Origin: Octopus bimaculoides
Taxonomy: Eukaryota
Assembly (NCBI RefSeq): GCF_001194135.2
Contig: NC_068984.1
Span: 97,917,294 to 97,981,293, forward strand
Direction: 5' to 3'
DNA: 64,000 nucleotides
Part shown: piece by piece, positions 12,095-25,513 of the stretch
Position numbering within the stretch: position 1 is the first letter of the stretch
Layout: every line of letters starts with the position of its first letter
Position numbers and translations under genes: made by a program
The notes under the pieces: model-generated
Told to the model about the DNA's origin: nothing
Seen by the model: the letters and a program-made list of their open reading frames with translations, nothing else
The model's database searches: none

Positions 12095-12865
12095 CAACAC
12101 AATAGGGAACCTCTGTTACTCTCCTCTCACACTGATTTTGTTGAGTATTCGAGAGTGGAGGGACCAACCTTTCAAGATAGAGCCGGAGATAGGGAGTGGG
12201 GGCAAGGCAATGAAATGCCGGAAGATCGTACCTGACGTTTAGATTAGGAAGCACTGTAAACACTGACTGTCCCTTAATGAGAGAATTTTGATTGCTGACA
12301 TGGCAAGACAATAAAAATAGGAAAAAAAAAAATAAATAAAGAGTAATGGAATATTCTTTCCTGTTGTGACCTTCCAATTCCTTAAAAACAAAAAAGAAGG
12401 AGGGTGGGTGATTTGCTAACAATTTTTTTTTCCAAGATGAAGTGAGTCAGCAGAGAAGTAAAACTGGAATTTTGTAAATAAATAGGCCTAATTTATTTTA
12501 ATATATTTAACATATCAATTTGGAAAATTGGAACAAAACTGACTAAAATGATGCAAGATTTTGTTTCTCTTGTTTGTTAAAGGAATCAGTCCTAACATTA
12601 TTTTTCACTGGTTAGTATAAAGAGTCTATAACATAACAGGTACATATATTATTATGTAATCTATAACTGTAATTGGTAATCAGATAAGATACCTACTGGC
12701 CAGCCTATCATCATTGCATTTACTTTTTCCAATTTGAATAATTAATTTGATATTTTAATTTTTTTAATCCTGACAGAGAAAAAGAAGGCCTATCATGACG
12801 AATACAAGAAAAGAAAAAATACTCAAAACAAAATTATATATGCAATATGTGTGAGCATGTGTATA

Positions 12866-12939
<74 letters not shown>

Positions 12940-13309
12940 GTACTAATCACATACATGTTTTCTGTTTGTCTTTATATCTGTTCTTTCCATGCTAGCACGG
13001 GTTAGACAAATATGTTAAGGAGGCATTTGTTTTACAGCTGGAAACCTTTCCTGACACTAACCCTTACTTCTTTCCGAGTGAGGAATCTCTTAATCCACAG
13101 TTTCAAAGCTGAGGGAATACTGACTGGAGAAGAGTCAACAGGTACACTGCACAAATGTCATGACTTTCATATAAGTGAACTGGTGATGTAAATAAACACA
13201 TACATAAGCACATGTTTATTTATGTATATAAATATGTGTGTATGTACATATAATTTATATGTATGACCGCATATGCATATATTTATATATAAACACACTA
13301 ATATATACA

Positions 13310-13342
<33 letters not shown>

Positions 13343-14128
13343 GACTGTGTGTTTTGGTATAAAAGGATGTATGTTAAATCAAGTATCTTCACAGTCCAGT
13401 GATATTTCTCTTTTCTGAAACACACTTAAAAAGACAACTGACTGGTAGACAGAAAGATAGACAGATATGGGGAGGGAAGAAAAAAAAGAAAGAGAGAGGG
13501 AGAGAGATTTGTCTTCTCTGTTAACTGAGCCCAAAGCTACGATCATTACACAGCAAATTTGATAATTTTTTCTCTTCATGTTTTACCATCACAGGTTACT
13601 GACCTCCCACTTATGTGACAATGCAAGGGGATGGGGTGGGGCACCAGAGAAATTCTTAGTGTGGAAGAAATGCTTCTAGACAGCAGCAATGTCAAAGACA
13701 GTAGAAGTATTTCTGTTAAGCCAGTGTAGGATAAGGCTGCTTGCTATGCAATGCTTTTTCTCACATACTTCTTTTATCAATGTAGGCAACTAGCAAAATA
13801 TCTGTCTCCAACATCCATCTCATATCACAGAAATATGCTACAGTGCATCAAAGTAAATTCATGCGATGCACGTTGGATTACAAGAAACCTTAGTTTGATT
13901 TGTACTTCAAACCAATTGGGAATATATATATATATATATATATANNNNNNNNNNNNNNNNNNNNNNNNNNNNNNNNNNNNNNNNNNNNNNNNNNNNNNNN
14001 NNNNNNNNNNNNNNNNNNNNNNNNNNNNNNNNNNNNNNNNNNNNNNNNNNNNNNNNNNNNNNNNNNNNNNNNNNNNNNNNNNNNNNNNNNNNNNNNNNNN
14101 NNNNNNNNNNNNNNNNNNNNNNNNNNNN

Positions 14129-14167
<39 letters not shown>

Positions 14168-14478
14168 GTATAGTGTGTGTGTGTGTGTGTGTTTTTATGT
14201 GCAGGTGAGTGAGTGTATGATGTACATGTGTTGTGTGAGAGAATTCCTGCAAAATAGCAGTGGCATTTGGCCAGAGACATGGCTAGCAGGCAATTGCAGA
14301 TAGTTTCACTGTTATAGCAAGACATATGGACAACTGGTGTTGATACATAGAGCTGCTGTATTGCTGCTGCCTTAAACAGATAACTAGGTATTGCTACTGC
14401 AATCAGACTCCTCCTCTTCCTCCTCACCGTCATCATCATTATCAAACGTCATCATCAAATGACTCAAGATAAGTTGCT
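9600..14478 (-). other. Probable long 3' UTR of the HECW gene (distal end uncertain)
   Basis: Directly follows the stop codon; U-rich on the minus strand, poor in SINEs compared with the flanks, with clustered AATAAA on the minus strand near 10.16-10.25 kb. No transcript evidence available. Confidence 0.4.
10418..10592. mobile_element. piggyBac-type MITE, 175 bp; related element at 55390-55608
   Basis: Perfect 13-bp TIR CCCTTTAGCATTC / GAATGCTAAAGGG with decayed TTAA flanks. Confidence 0.75.
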
Positions 14479-14604
<126 letters not shown>

Positions 14605-15394
14605 TCAAAATAGAAGACATTAACTCTGTGAATGAAACCACCAAATAATTTACAACAACAGAAACTTTCGATAGCAAAACTTCCTCAAACAACTTGCTTA
14701 TTAATTTTCTCTCATATTTCTACAGTTCTAATATATTATTTTCAGTTTTCATCTTTGATCAATAATCATTAATTTGTAAAACACAATAAGTGTCATTGTC
14801 AAGAAGCTTAGATGTTCCCAAAAAGTGAATTCCAGCAGGCATGATCAATTATCCATAGAAGTAGACATATTTTTCAATTTTATCCCAGTGATTTGTATCA
14901 GTTGTCCAATGTACATAAAGTGATGTTCTTTACACCTTTTGCTATAATTAGGCTTCCATAGCAACAACTGGTGTATTACTTCATCACTGTTTCTTCAACA
15001 GTAACCAATAAAACTAAAATCTTTCTTGTTGCTTACATACTGAGAATATTCAGTTGCAGAATACTTATTCCAACAGCTGAATAAATGTTCATCTTGCAAT
15101 CTGTAGGAAGTAGGAATGGAGCATGGTTTTATTAGCCATACTAAATGGAACATAATGTTAGGATGCCTTGTTCAGGAACACAACAGAATGGATGCAGTGG
15201 CAAGGTTAGCACTTATATGACCATATGGTGAGTAGTTCACTCCAACTTTTCACAAAAGCATCAAGCATTACCAACTACTCTAATATCAGGCAACTAACTT
15301 TGAGTAGATATTTAATATTTGATTGATGTTAAGTAGATATCTTGTATTTAATAGATATTTCTTAATAATGAATAGATATCGATAATAACAATTA

Positions 15395-15595
<201 letters not shown>

Positions 15596-15642
15596 TTATG
15601 TTAATGCAGGAGGTATCGTTCTACTGCTTCACATCCTAATAA

Positions 15643-15679
<37 letters not shown>

Positions 15680-16543
15680 CAAGGTAGGCCACTGCAACTA
15701 ATCCACCCCACTACCATTACACCATCATATGTCTGCTATCCATACCAGCAACAGTTGAGGTCATCACTGTCTGATCTGAGTCATTTCTTATTTGGAGTTA
15801 ATGACATCCTAGACAAGTCGAGGGACTCATACATTCCATTTCTAGTATGGTTTCTATGACTAGATGCCCTTCTAAATGCTAATCACTTTGCAGAGTGTTC
15901 TGGGTGCATCTTATCATGGCAGCAGAAGTTTGGAATTTTGGAGAAAATTGCTTTGTAGCTGGATACTGCTTTCTGTTATTGTTTACTCAACTGTGAAAGG
16001 TGAGCAGAATCAGTTTGTCAGGCAAACAGAATGAGGCCTATCCAAAAGGCATAACACATATATTTGTTCCAAGGTTTCCAGCTACTGACCATGTGACCAA
16101 GTGTTGAACATCTGAACCTCATTGTTATATATCATAGCATCAAATATCACACTGTAAATTGGTTCCAATGAATCGATGGACTGATGTAATTCTAAAAAGG
16201 TAAAAAAAAAATAACTTCAGAAGAGATATATGGAAGTCTGTTTTTCTGGAGTATTACCGATGAGAAAGTCACTTCATAGGCACCCAAAGTGCAAGAACTA
16301 GTTACCAAATCTCAGTCAAATCATATCATATCACCATACAGAAAAGGATATATTTGATAGTCTTAGATACCCTCGGGAAGATAGTCATGACTTTATTAAT
16401 AAGTCTGCTGGATTAGGGCTAACCTGGAGTAAACAAGTGACATATGATTACAGATCTATTTGGACCTGTATCATGAGAATAAGTGATTTTTAAAAATTTT
16501 TGCTGAAAAATGGAATTAAATAACAACAATGATAAATACTTAC

Positions 16544-16629
16544 CTGTAAAAGGCGTAACCTTCTTTCATTATCAAATTTTTCAATTGCTGCCCAAAACCA
16601 CTGAATAACAAGATGTTGGTCATGGTAAC
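16544..16629 (-). CDS. HECW1/HECW2: HECW exon, HECT: (G)[28 protein letters not shown]
   Basis: ttctag acceptor, CAG|gtaagt donor, 86 nt. Confidence 0.98.
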
Positions 16630-16959
16630 CTAGAAAATGAAATGCATCTATAGAGAACTATATTTAACAATATGGTTTATTACAATAATCTATATAATAA
16701 TCTGCTTGTTTATTTGCCTATTATACATTAGTTAGGTGGAGTGAGAGTGAGAGAGAGAGGGACGAAAAAGTAGAGAAAAGTGATCAATATTAATACACTT
16801 AGGCCAAATAGTCATGTGGTCAGCTGCAGGTAGAGGTGAAGAATGAGAGAAAAAGAGGGAGAGAGAAGTGTTAACGATGTGCGATGAGGTGGGAAAGGAA
16901 TATTTATTATGCATTTAAAACGTTAGCTGAAAAAGAAAGGTAGATAGAGAGAGATGGAC

Positions 16960-18020
16960 AAGGGAGGCAATTATATTGAGAAGATGTTTCTCATTGTGTG
17001 TGATGGTATCACAATCATCAGCATACAAGATGTTGCTTATGTATGTGATTAGAATCAAGTTTGGAGTTCAATACCTTACCTATCATATGGTGAAGTATAC
17101 AAATTCCCTCATGGCAGTCTTTGAAAGTGATTGCAAAACAACTTTTGTGAAATATATAGCAAACAGAGGAGGAGAAATTATATCACTTTTTTTTACAATA
17201 ACACTAACTGAAAAATGAGTCACAGCATTTGCCACATTTGATCCCATCATGAATGGACATGATAATAATCATAAATTTATTAGGACAATGAGCTTTTCCG
17301 AGTATTGGCAATAGTGCATAATGAGTCACTGAATCAAAAGTATTAGTGAAGTCAATGGCGCAGTGAGGCAGCTCAATGCATTTTTCTTTTAGTTCAGGAG
17401 CTGAAAATATCAGATCATTGGTTCCTGACCAGCATGAAAACCTGACTGAGACTTGAAGATGAATGTATCCATTTATTTTTGATCAATATTTTCCATACAA
17501 CATGGAGGAAGGAAAGCCCTCAAGAATTCCTGTATACATCTTTACCACCTGTTCCTTATTTATCAACTAAGCTCCAGTATTCCATTTCTCACTTATCTAA
17601 GCACTTCTGTTGGAGCCTTTTCATTTTTAACTTTGTAGAAAGCAACTCTTACTTCAAAGTAGGTGGATTATGAAGAATGTGTTTTATAAGAATTTTTCAA
17701 AGTAGGTGGATTATGAAGAATGTGTTTTATAAGAATTTGCTGTAAGAGATCTAAAAAGGACCTGTTAATACTTGATGAGTACTTTAACACATCACTAAAA
17801 TACTTAATTATTTGGAGCTTTTTTGATAAGGGTTTTGCCATTCTTATCTCTAATGGACTACAGGAAACTTAGTGAGGATCTTAAACTTGAGTCAAAAAGG
17901 AATAATGTTTTTAATATTCTTCATGTCATATATTTTCTGAAGATTACTAGCACTATAAATCCACCACCATTTTTCATGCTTCCAACTTCCATCTGAATCT
18001 TTGACAAGATATTTTATATT
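16960..18020 (-). mobile_element. Old RTE-like LINE remnant
   Basis: Minus-strand pieces RDKNGKTL, PPTL...KNEKAP, SQSGF, ILYADDC. Confidence 0.65.
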
Positions 18021-18661
18021 GCATCAATAAATATCTGTTTATTTGTAAAGAAAAAAATTGTATATACCTATTATTATTATTATCAAATAAGTTATTGCTT
18101 TTACACTTTGTAATTCCCTAGAACGTTTTATGAAATATGGTAATACTTGTTTTTAAATACATCCCATTTAATAGTATCTTCTAACACAAAAATTTGCCCT
18201 AATTTTTGCCTGATAGATTTTCCCTGAACATCAACCCTTTTTAAGGGTTAAAAATTATTTCTAATTTTGGACATTTGATTTAGTTTGTACATTATGATCT
18301 GTGTTAATCAAATACTGCACATCTTCAGACCTGAATATCTCACATCATTCAAATCTTTCTTTCCCAAGTTGCAAAGGGAATGCCGCCTGGTAGACTTTTA
18401 CACAAACTGTTGGTAGGAAAGTGCCCCCAAAATAAGAAGACTTGAAGAGTGGTGGGTGGAATGGGGTTCTGTAGAAATTTGTAAGAAAATGCAGAGATGG
18501 AGATAGACAACAAAAAGGATAATGGGAGGGAAAGAGAAATACACACATGCTCACATATAGGAACCTGAATGATAAAAACACATGAGAAATGTGAAGTAGT
18601 AAGAGAGAGAATCTTCAGCTTTGAATGAAAGAGAGAGTATGTGTGTGTGTGTGTGTGTAGG

Positions 18662-18704
<43 letters not shown>

Positions 18705-19437
18705 GTATGTATGCATATGTATTCACACACACACTCATTCAAACCAGTGAATTTCCACTGTCATAATTCCAAAATTTTCATTCGTTTGCATCATTCAGGT
18801 TCTTGCATGTGTGTGTTTATTTCTTCCCTAAATCCCTCGTTTTCTCTCTCTATCCCTGCATTTTACACACACATACACATTACTAAACAAGTGACAGACA
18901 AACCGAATGACATTGTTTTCATTATTTTGACTGGAGATACACACTATATCAGCTGTTCTTACTGCTTGTCACCAGATAGTGTTGACTGCTCAAACTGTTC
19001 TCACATTGTCTCACCTCTTACGCACTCTTTGGTGATATTCCCCACTGCCTCTCAACCGCTTATAACCTTTAACCCCACTCTGTTTCCTTCTATCATTGTG
19101 GCCATAGCAACAAATATTATAACAAACAACGGCCTACACTGTAGTGGATTGATACCCCCACCACCACTCTCATCACTCAGCAGCTATATTACATACATGC
19201 TCTATCTTATTTCAGCCTTCTTCCCGTAGTTATACTAGAGCACTGCCCATATATGCAGATACATTTTTTCTCATTCATTTTATCATACTAATGTGGATAA
19301 GATGTTCGTTATTTTTAGCAAATTTGGTGATATCACTGTACACTGTATTTCAGCTACATAACTGGTGGAATGGAACACATCAAATAACAATGACAACAAC
19401 AAAACATTAACAAATATTAACAAGTGTCAACTCCTAC

Positions 19438-19552
19438 CTGAACGATATTCAGTGTTTTTCCTCCAGTCATTAATATCAATTTCTACTGTTCCAGCAATTA
19501 CAAGTTCCAGTTCCCGGGCATCAAAAGCAGAAACTAAACGATGGTCAATCAC
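19438..19552 (-). CDS. HECW1/HECW2: HECW exon, HECT: [38 protein letters not shown](G)
   Basis: gtacag acceptor, TCAG|gtagga donor, 115 nt. Confidence 0.98.
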
Positions 19553-20058
19553 CTGTACAGAAGAAATAAACAGCCTTTTAGGAAATAATATTTTAACAGT
19601 GACGCAAAGTGAAAGAGGCTTGAAGTGTATGAGGACCGTGGACAGAATCCACATTAGCACATAACTGTTATTTATCCAGCACACACCCACACAAACAATT
19701 AGCAAATAACAAAAATTCATGTTTGTAGTGTATTAAAATCAGTTTCTATGAGATATTGATAAGGCAAATATTGATACCCATTTCATCAATCCAGGACTGA
19801 TGAAAGGCAAAGCTGACTCCTGAGTGAGAGATTACTTTTAATTCAGAATGTACAACAATATAATTAAATCCCACAAAGTATTTAGTCCTCTAGTTTCTTA
19901 TTTTACAGCATACATTAGCTAACAAGACATCTTTATTTGAGAGACACTGCATATCAATACAGTACTACATATGTATAGACATATCACTTATGGAGAAGGC
20001 ACATAACTGCTTGCCCAGGTCTAACTAATAAACAGGTTCCACTCCTAGTTTACAAATA

Positions 20059-20480
20059 CAGTAATCCCTCAACTATCACGGGTGTTGGGTTTCAAAATCC
20101 TGCCATGATAGTTGAAAATCCGTGAAGTAGAAACAATACTGCATATATATTTTTTTATTATTTGCATATATTTACTTTATTATAAATACAAAACAACACC
20201 AGCTTTCGCCTATGGTACACTACATATTTTCTTTTAATATATTTTGATTAATGTGTTATACAGTACTGTACTGTATGTCTTAATTTAATAATTTTTAGGC
20301 ATGAAAATGCTTATTTTACCACAGAAGTAATTACAATCTAAAACAATATAAATACCTATTGGCCACAGAAATCCATGATATACTGAGGAGTCCACAATAT
20401 AAATTTACATATATTAGCCAGAAGAATCCACAATGTAATGAGGTTGTGATAGGTGAACTGCGATATGCAAGTGATTACTG
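20059..20480. mobile_element. Tc1/pogo-type MITE; shorter relative at 26390-26564
   Basis: TA TSDs at 20057-20058 and 20481-20482; TIR CAGTAATC(C/A)CT; the shorter copy has CAGTAATCCCT..AGGGATTACTG. Confidence 0.8.
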
Positions 20481-20633
20481 TATATGATTATATGATCACA
20501 CACACAAGTATTGGTAGGATGAAAAGCAAAATGAAGCCAAGCTAAACTTTAAACTCAGAACATAAAGGACATAGCATAACTGAATTCAAGAGGGAACTTA
20601 GCCTTGAATTTAAAAGTTTTGTAAAAATAACTA

Positions 20634-21910
20634 TCAAGTCATCCCATAAGTTCTGTCTGAATTTTGAATAAAGAAAACAAGTGATCAAATGTTATATTTA
20701 ATGAAAATTTAATCATCAATGTACTTTCCCTGATTATCTAAGACTTCCTTCCATCTATTTACAAGCTTTTTAATCCCATCAATGTAAAACTCTTTTGGTT
20801 TTAAAGCGAAGAACTCTGAAATGTCAGTTTCGACCTCCTCCTGGCTTGCGAAAGTTATGTCCCCCAAATGATTCTGCAAACTACGAAACAAATGGTAGTC
20901 TGAAGGAGCAAGGTCAGGAGAATAAGGTGGATGAGGATTTTTTTTCCAACCAAGCTCTTCAATCTGTGATGTGATCTTTGCAGTGTGGGGTTGCGCGTTG
21001 TCTTGATCAAACATCACTCCTTTACGATTCACTAAAGCGTGTCTTTTTTTTCTTCAAAGTTTGGTTCAAACATTCTAATTGCTGACAGTAGACTTGAGCA
21101 TTGATTGTTTCATTAGGTGGGAACAATTCAAAGTGAATTACTCCTTTGCAATCCCACCAGATAGAGAGAAGAACCTTTTTCCCATGAAGTCCCCTTCTCG
21201 GTTGTGGTTGAGCTTTTTCCCTTTTACCAAGCCAGTTTACGACGTTTAACATTTCGATAGAAGATCCATTTTTCATCACAAGTCTATCCAAAAAGGGTGA
21301 AATGAGTTCGTTAGAATGGAGAGAAGAGCAGATGTCAACTCGGGATTTGCGGTTGCTTTTGGACAATTCATGAAGCACCTATTCTCCAAGTTTAGAAACC
21401 TTTCCAAGTTGTTGAAGATGATGATGAACTGTTGTATGGTTTAAACTAAGCTTTACTGCCAATTCTTCAATTGATAATGCAGGATTTTCTTCAAGTAATG
21501 CCTCAAGGAGACTATCATCAAACTCAACTGGACGTCCTGTTCGATCTTCATCTTCAAGACTGAAATCTCCACTTCTGAATTTTGCAAACCATCTTCTGCA
21601 AGTTCTTTCATTCAAGCATTCTTTCCCATAAAGTGAGTGTATGTTTCGAGTCGCTTCAGCTGCAGAGTTTCCTTTTATGTATTCATAAAGCATTATGTGC
21701 CTCAAATGCCCTTTGGATACTTCCATGTTAGAAAGGGTTTTAATCAAAGAAATTTTAATTCTATTATTCTGTAAAATAATATTTAATTAGCTTAAATGTA
21801 CACAAATGTATAAAAATAATTTTAAATTCTATTAGGCATTCTAAAATACTATTAAATTTCATTTAATTTTAAAAAAGGTAAAATTGGATAGAACTTATGG
21901 GATGACCTGA
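20634..21910 (-). mobile_element. Full-length inactive mariner (DD34D) transposon, 1277 bp
   Basis: TA TSDs at 20632-20633 and 21911-21912; TIR TCA(A/G)GTCATCCCATAAGTTCT; transposase MEVSKGHLRH...YSPDLAPSDYHLF...YIDD broken by TAG in the WVPHEL motif and by frameshifts including loss of TG in VTGDEKW. Confidence 0.95.
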
Positions 21911-21994
21911 TATTCAAAGAAAGATTTTTTTAAAGTTATTATCTATTAAAAAAAAATAGAATTCTGGAGAGGCAAACCCCCACAAAGAATTCAG

Positions 21995-23930
21995 GAGAGA
22001 TTATCAAGAGTTTATTGTACTAGAAAACAACTACTACTTCTGACAACCAACATTACTTAAAAAAACTCAAGGTATGGCAATGGGAATAAAAGCCATGTTT
22101 GCAACACTAGTAATGAGATACCTGGAAGAAACAAGTCTATACTGTCTCTACCCTGTCTAGAATTACTTTTGATCAACATTTTCAATCCTATTTAATAGGG
22201 AACAGGAAAAAATTCTTGGATGATTGCTTCATATTTTGGAACAGAATAAAGGATGACCTTGCAAGATCCCTTAAATTAATAAATAATATTCACGAATCGA
22301 TCTCGTTCATTATGAAAATTGATGAAACTGAACTCCCTCACCCTTTTCTGGACATTTTAAGAATTAAAGAAAATGAGACAGTTAAAACCCATTTCTACAG
22401 CAAGGACACACCAATAATTAGATTTTAGATAAAGCAACATGCCCTTCGTTATGGCAATACAATATGCTCAATAGTTACAGAAGCAAATAGAGAAGAGAAG
22501 TGACTGGTAGAACAAAATATGTTCAGTTCTATATTTAAGAGATGAGAAATTATGTACATTATTTACATTTGATGGATATTTGTCTTCATCTTGTTTGTTG
22601 TTAACACAATGTTTCAGCTGATATACCCTCCAGAAATTTCAAACCTGGGTTCTCATTCCTAAAGTATTTTCCGATATCATTATCATTATTATTATTATTA
22701 TTCAAGTCACTGCCTGGAATCGAACTCAGAAACTTGGAGTTAGTAGCCTGCGCTCTTAACCACTATGCCATATGCCCGTGGGCATGTTCCTTCAAAAACA
22801 GAAATACTCCAAAAAGTTTTTAAAATCTTGCCATAACCATAGCAAAATAAATCCCAATCTCACACTGGGGTGGAAACAAATAGACAAATACAAATATTCT
22901 ATTTGTAGTCACTCATAATCCTATGAACCACAATCTACATTTGACCAAACAATTCTATATCGATCATCAAATCTCCAACAAATAATATTTTAAAAATCAC
23001 AAATCATTAACAGCCAAAGACAACCACCAAATTTCAAGAAATTTCAGTTAAAGGTGAGATTCATGCTGAAGAAAGAAATAATGCAGTAACAAACTGTGGA
23101 GACTCTTGTAGTGGGGCATGTGAAATAATTGAGCAAGGAACAACCAACATATTCAAGAATGACACTTAATTGAAGATGAATGCAAACATGAATTACAAAA
23201 CCTAACTAGACATGTGAACATGCACAAGCAGCAAATTAATGATTCTTCTCTTAGAAATGTTCCATGTAGTAAAAATCTAGACATTTATGCAAATAGAATA
23301 TTCAAAATATTCCCTTTTTATAAAATAAAAGACAAAAACGATCAACAAATGGCAAAAGAAGAATACTTTATAAGAATTCATCCAAAAGTAAACTTGAAAT
23401 AGTCAACACCATAACTAAAAGCAACTTCCTCTATATGCATTGGCCCAGAACATGTATGTTTAAGAGGTTGAACAACAAAAGCATTTACACACAATGTGAA
23501 AACTTCTTTCTCAAAGGTTTGTGACTATTTTCTAAATAATTTTTTTAAATAGTTAATAACTTGTATTTCGTATGTGTATTTCGTGTGCAAGATTCTTGAT
23601 GTGGATACATGTGTTGAAAGAAATACAATTAAACCTTGGGAGAGGCATTATGCCGGTAATAAACACACGCACTGGTTCAGTCCTTTATCAATTTATATAG
23701 TTTTTTGATAAATTATTTCATTGCACTCTTGCAATCTCTTCAGTAACTTGTCTCTCCACTTCCATTTATTTTGAATGTATGATTTGGCGTTGTTTTGAAA
23801 CTGTTTGGTATGAGCATGTGAGTGTGTGCACGCACTTATGTGTTCGTGCTTATATGTAAGTATGTGCGTCCATATGTGTGTTTGTAACAATTTCGTTTCT
23901 ATCAGATCAGATAGAGACTTTGAACTTCTT
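21995..23930 (+). mobile_element. Penelope-like retroelement (RT and GIY-YIG remnants plus 3' region), interrupted by a 259-bp insertion
   Basis: GMAMG, DDCFIFW...H.SI.F.M......PFLDIL, THNP, QPPN, and endonuclease tail MNMHKQQI...SK.L...FKIFPFYK...EEYFI. Confidence 0.82.
22525..22783 (-). mobile_element. tRNA-derived SINE-like element nested in the Penelope-like element
   Basis: A box TGGCATAGTGG and B box GAGTTCGATTCC on the minus strand, internal (AAT)n, candidate TSD ATGTTC at 22519-22524 and 22784-22789. Confidence 0.8.
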
Positions 23931-24216
23931 TCTTCCTTCGGTATGAGCATGTGAGTGTGTACAAGCTCGTATGTGTGCACGCACATATGAGCGTGCACAC
24001 ATACGAGCTTGCACACACTCACATGCTCATACCGAACAGTTTCAAAACAATGCCAAATCATACATTCAAAATAAATGGAAGTGGAGAGACAAGTTACTGA
24101 AGAGATTGCAAGAGTGCAATGAAATAATTTAACAAAAAACTATATAAATGAATAAAGGACTGAACCAGTGCGTGTCTTTATTACCGGCATAATGCCTCTC
24201 CCAAGGTTTAATTGTA
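23624..24216. repeat. Long inverted repeat with 207-bp arms and an internal 46-bp hairpin
   Basis: 23624-23830 pairs with 24010-24216 with about 6 mismatches counted by eye. Confidence 0.95.
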
Positions 24217-24668
24217 ATAACTTGTAAATATATATATATATATGTGTGTGTGTGTGTATGTATGTATTTATATATAGATAGATATGAACACACAATTGCT
24301 AAAAACGCAACAGACAAGTCTGACATATCAGAAGGTCTGTAACTCCAAATAAGGACTAATTTAGACCATGATGACCCATCCAAACCTTATGAGCACAGAG
24401 ACCAAACATCACCATCATTGTTTTAAAGTCCACTTTTTCATACTTGCATAAGTCAGAGTTTATTATGGAAAATTTTCAACAGTCAGATGCCTTTGGTGTT
24501 GCCAACGCTCACCTGTTTTCAGGCAAGGTAATATTTACCCATGTCCAAACATATTTTCATAGAATAATAGAAATGAATGACACTGCTTATATGATAGCGA
24601 CAGTCATTTAAAACCATCATGTGATATTAAGACAAGGAAACACAAACATACACACACATATATATTTA

Positions 24669-24852
24669 CTAGCTTAAAAGTCACATTCCGTGCAGACTTT
24701 TAGGCTAGCCCCTGTGGAGGGATAATTAGGCCTTTCGCCCAAAACTGAAAAGAGCAATAATAAAACATCTATTGGTATCCTATCATCTCAGACTGTCACA
24801 AAGTTTTGGTCAGTTTTCCGACACAGAATATCGCGTTTATTATTATTATAGC
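24669..24852 (-). mobile_element. Short non-autonomous Helitron-like element
   Basis: Minus strand starts ..CTATAATAATAATAAACGCG and ends with hairpin CTAGCCTAAAAGTC/GACTTTTAAGCTAG then T. Confidence 0.5.
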
Positions 24853-25366
24853 AAAGGGAGGTAACTCTTGTAAACCGTTTGAAACCTCGCACGGTTGCCT
24901 TACCTGTTAGAAATAGCAGCCCTAATGTTCTTACATCAGATCTCAATGCTGGATGTTCAAGAAGCAAATGAAGGCCAGAGTGTCAATCCTGGGATCATCC
25001 TGATCCCAAAAAGGTATGATATGTCTATGTAGAGCAAATGTGGACTGAGATACAGGGGTCCCAGACGGAGAGACAAAATTTCACTTTTATATATATATAA
25101 AACACGATAGGCTTTTTTAAAAAAAATTTGTTACCCAAATACCTTCACAATGCTTTGATAGCTCAGGGCTATAATAGCAGATACTTGCCCAAGCTGCTAT
25201 GCACCCTCAAAACCATGTGGTAAGGAAGCAAACTTCTTAACTATGCAACCATGTTTGAACCTGTATCTATCTATACACAGACACACATGCATAGATATAT
25301 ATTACTGGTACTAACAATTAGTTAATCAAATGTAAAACACCACTAATCACTTGCTAGACAACGTAC

Positions 25367-25513
25367 CTCATAGAAACCCTTAATTAGACATTCCGTTTGC
25401 TCTGTTACTCCCCGTTCTAAGCGCCAGTTCACCATTTTTTCTATGTATTCTTTTTTAGTTTTCTCTGTCACTGGTATGTTTTTTCCATTTGGTTTTAACT
25501 CTCTTTCAGTAAC
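25367..25513 (-). CDS. HECW1/HECW2: HECW exon, HECT: [49 protein letters not shown]
   Basis: ttccag acceptor, GAG|gtacgt donor, 147 nt. Confidence 0.98.

Noticed and set aside
11922-12422. 166-aa minus-strand ORF in the presumed 3' UTR
   Set aside because: Starts and ends in low-complexity sequence, includes a TA repeat and has no recognisable domain
14390-14460. Acidic DNDDDGEEEEEES-like stretch just after the HECW stop
   Set aside because: Separated from the CDS by stops and explained by GAT/GAG simple repeats; no readthrough context
14700-15250. Faint resemblance to Polinton DNA polymerase motifs on the minus strand
   Set aside because: Only a few scattered residues across stops; not supportable without a search
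22720-22783. tRNA-like A and B boxes (also at 7960-8030 and the heads of SINE families A and B)
   Set aside because: No complete cloverleaf with acceptor stem; they continue into SINE bodies
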